Assembly (NCBI GenBank): GCA_002189035.1
Contig: NEEC01000007.1
Coordinates: 2,728,001 to 2,792,000 of the forward strand
Direction of reading: 5' to 3'
DNA length: 64,000 nucleotides
Source of the DNA: Utricularia gibba
Lineage: Eukaryota; Plantae; Magnoliophyta
Each line of letters opens with the position of its first letter. Position 1 is the first letter of the stretch. A model generated the notes under the pieces. That model did not search any database and was not told where the DNA came from. It saw nothing but the letters and a program-made list of their open reading frames with translations. Below are positions 62,655 to 64,000 of the stretch, in pieces. The position numbers and the translations under genes were made by a program.

Positions 62655-64000
62655 TTGCACGCAATTACCATGTCGAATGTTTCAATCAGTACATTCTCTG
62701 ACGGAAATATCATGAGAAATCAATATTTCAATTCTATTATATATGATTGTGAAGGCATAAAGGTGGTTCTAATGAAATCTACAATATCACTAGAATGGTT
62801 TATCAAGATTTATGAGCATGAGATAAATATAATTTTAAATTTTCATTTTATTCATATGAAAATAATATTTTATGATTTCAACACTCACAACTTCAATTTC
62901 TTATTGATTTAGGATGAAGCCGAGCTACGGTACAACTTCAATCCATTAAACTCACAATACGATGTATACTTGTATATTATTGACGATAGCATGGATCAAA
63001 ATGTTTCTTCTAGTTTTGTCATAAGTACAATATTTTAAGAATATGATTTTATTTTGATTTTTAACGCATTAAAACTGCAAATTTATATTATATTATATTA
63101 TATATATATATATTAAATTTTTAATATATAATGATATAAATACTTATTATAGGATTATGTAATATTTTATTAATACACACGATTCATTAAATTCACAGTT
63201 ACATTATCAATATACTAGCATGTCATGTTAATATGATGATAATATTTCTTTTTTTCATTAATGATTAACTTAAAATACTTAGATAATTGATTTTAAAAAC
63301 TAATTTATTATTAATATCAAGTTAATTTGCATAAACGAAGAATAATTTCCATGAAAATAATAATTATGAAAATAAAATTTGTAAAAAGATTTGAGGATTT
63401 TAGTAATAAAATATTGATATAAAAGTATAAACTATTTTAGATAATTAAAAAAATTAATAACTATTTAGATTAAAAAAAAATTATTAATTTACAATAGGAA
63501 AATTATTAATTTTGAGAATTGTTCCTAATTATTCATTTTTCTAATAATTTTTCATGAATAACAATTACTTAATTGATTCGATACCAATAATATTTCAATG
63601 AAAAATACTATCAAAATTTGTACAACTCGCTTTCATCGTTTTACACACAATGAGATTTAGGCTCGTTTGAGTTTCCACATCCTTAACCATTCGAGCTACA
63701 TGACGAAAACACTCCTTTCGTCAATGACCCCATGGAGGAGGATTAGGAATTTTAGAGTACAACGACGATAAAAATTTAGATTATACTGTAGATACTACCA
63801 AGAGTGACTCCAATAATGAATTCAACTTGATATCAAAGGAGGTGGCTATGGCAATAGGCGCATTGCACGACGGAGACATAGGTGATGCACTCCTTGTTTG
63901 GGTAAATGACAATGAAGCAATTTTTTATGACTTGGAAGAAAGTCTCTCCATAGATTATTACAATCGAATCCCACTTAAAGATATACAACAAGCAAAGGGT
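62655..64000 (+). mobile_element. Possible decayed Mutator-like (MULE) coding relic, running off the right edge
   Basis: YDCEGIKVVLMKSTISLEWFIKIYE resembles recalled N-terminal regions of plant MULE proteins; an acidic frame is open from 63728 to the window end; no catalytic motifs visible. Confidence 0.25.

Noticed and set aside
1-64000. CRISPR arrays, rRNA, tRNA, snoRNA or miRNA genes
   Set aside because: No repeat-spacer array or recognisable structural RNA seen by eye; tRNAscan-SE and Infernal/Rfam would be needed to exclude them

Overview
Gene-dense plant (eudicot-like) nuclear DNA with short GT-AG introns and AT-rich intergenic spacers; the species cannot be identified from sequence alone. 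About 17 protein-coding genes are recognisable: partial PLS-class PPR, PUR5/AIR synthetase, long-chain alcohol oxidase FAO4A-like, DUF1218/MWL, NUDT3, a G-type lectin S-receptor kinase, a CIR-N/zinc-knuckle protein, AIG2-like, RSZ21/22, DCL3, HIBCH-like mS47, IGR-motif mS41, DUF630/632, A-type MYB3R, DHNAT, TIP4;1 and PTH2. Accessory material includes an amine-oxidase pseudogene, an intron-retaining Ran relic, other decayed exon-like relics, a 594-bp hAT-type element with perfect TIR/TSD, a 1.1-kb solo LTR with 5-bp TSD, and a spliced ORF-poor locus. The most striking observation is an intact 13-exon, ~996-aa DCL3-type Dicer that has Platform/PAZ, both RNase III domains and dsRBDs but no helicase and only the tail of DUF283, apparently driven from a promoter shared head-to-head with the RSZ splicing factor. 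PUR5 and the lectin kinase each show a single-base frameshift separating the targeting peptide from the rest of the protein, which may be real or an assembly error. All coordinates were derived by hand, and family assignments and Arabidopsis locus IDs are recalled from memory and should be confirmed by BLAST/HMMER.
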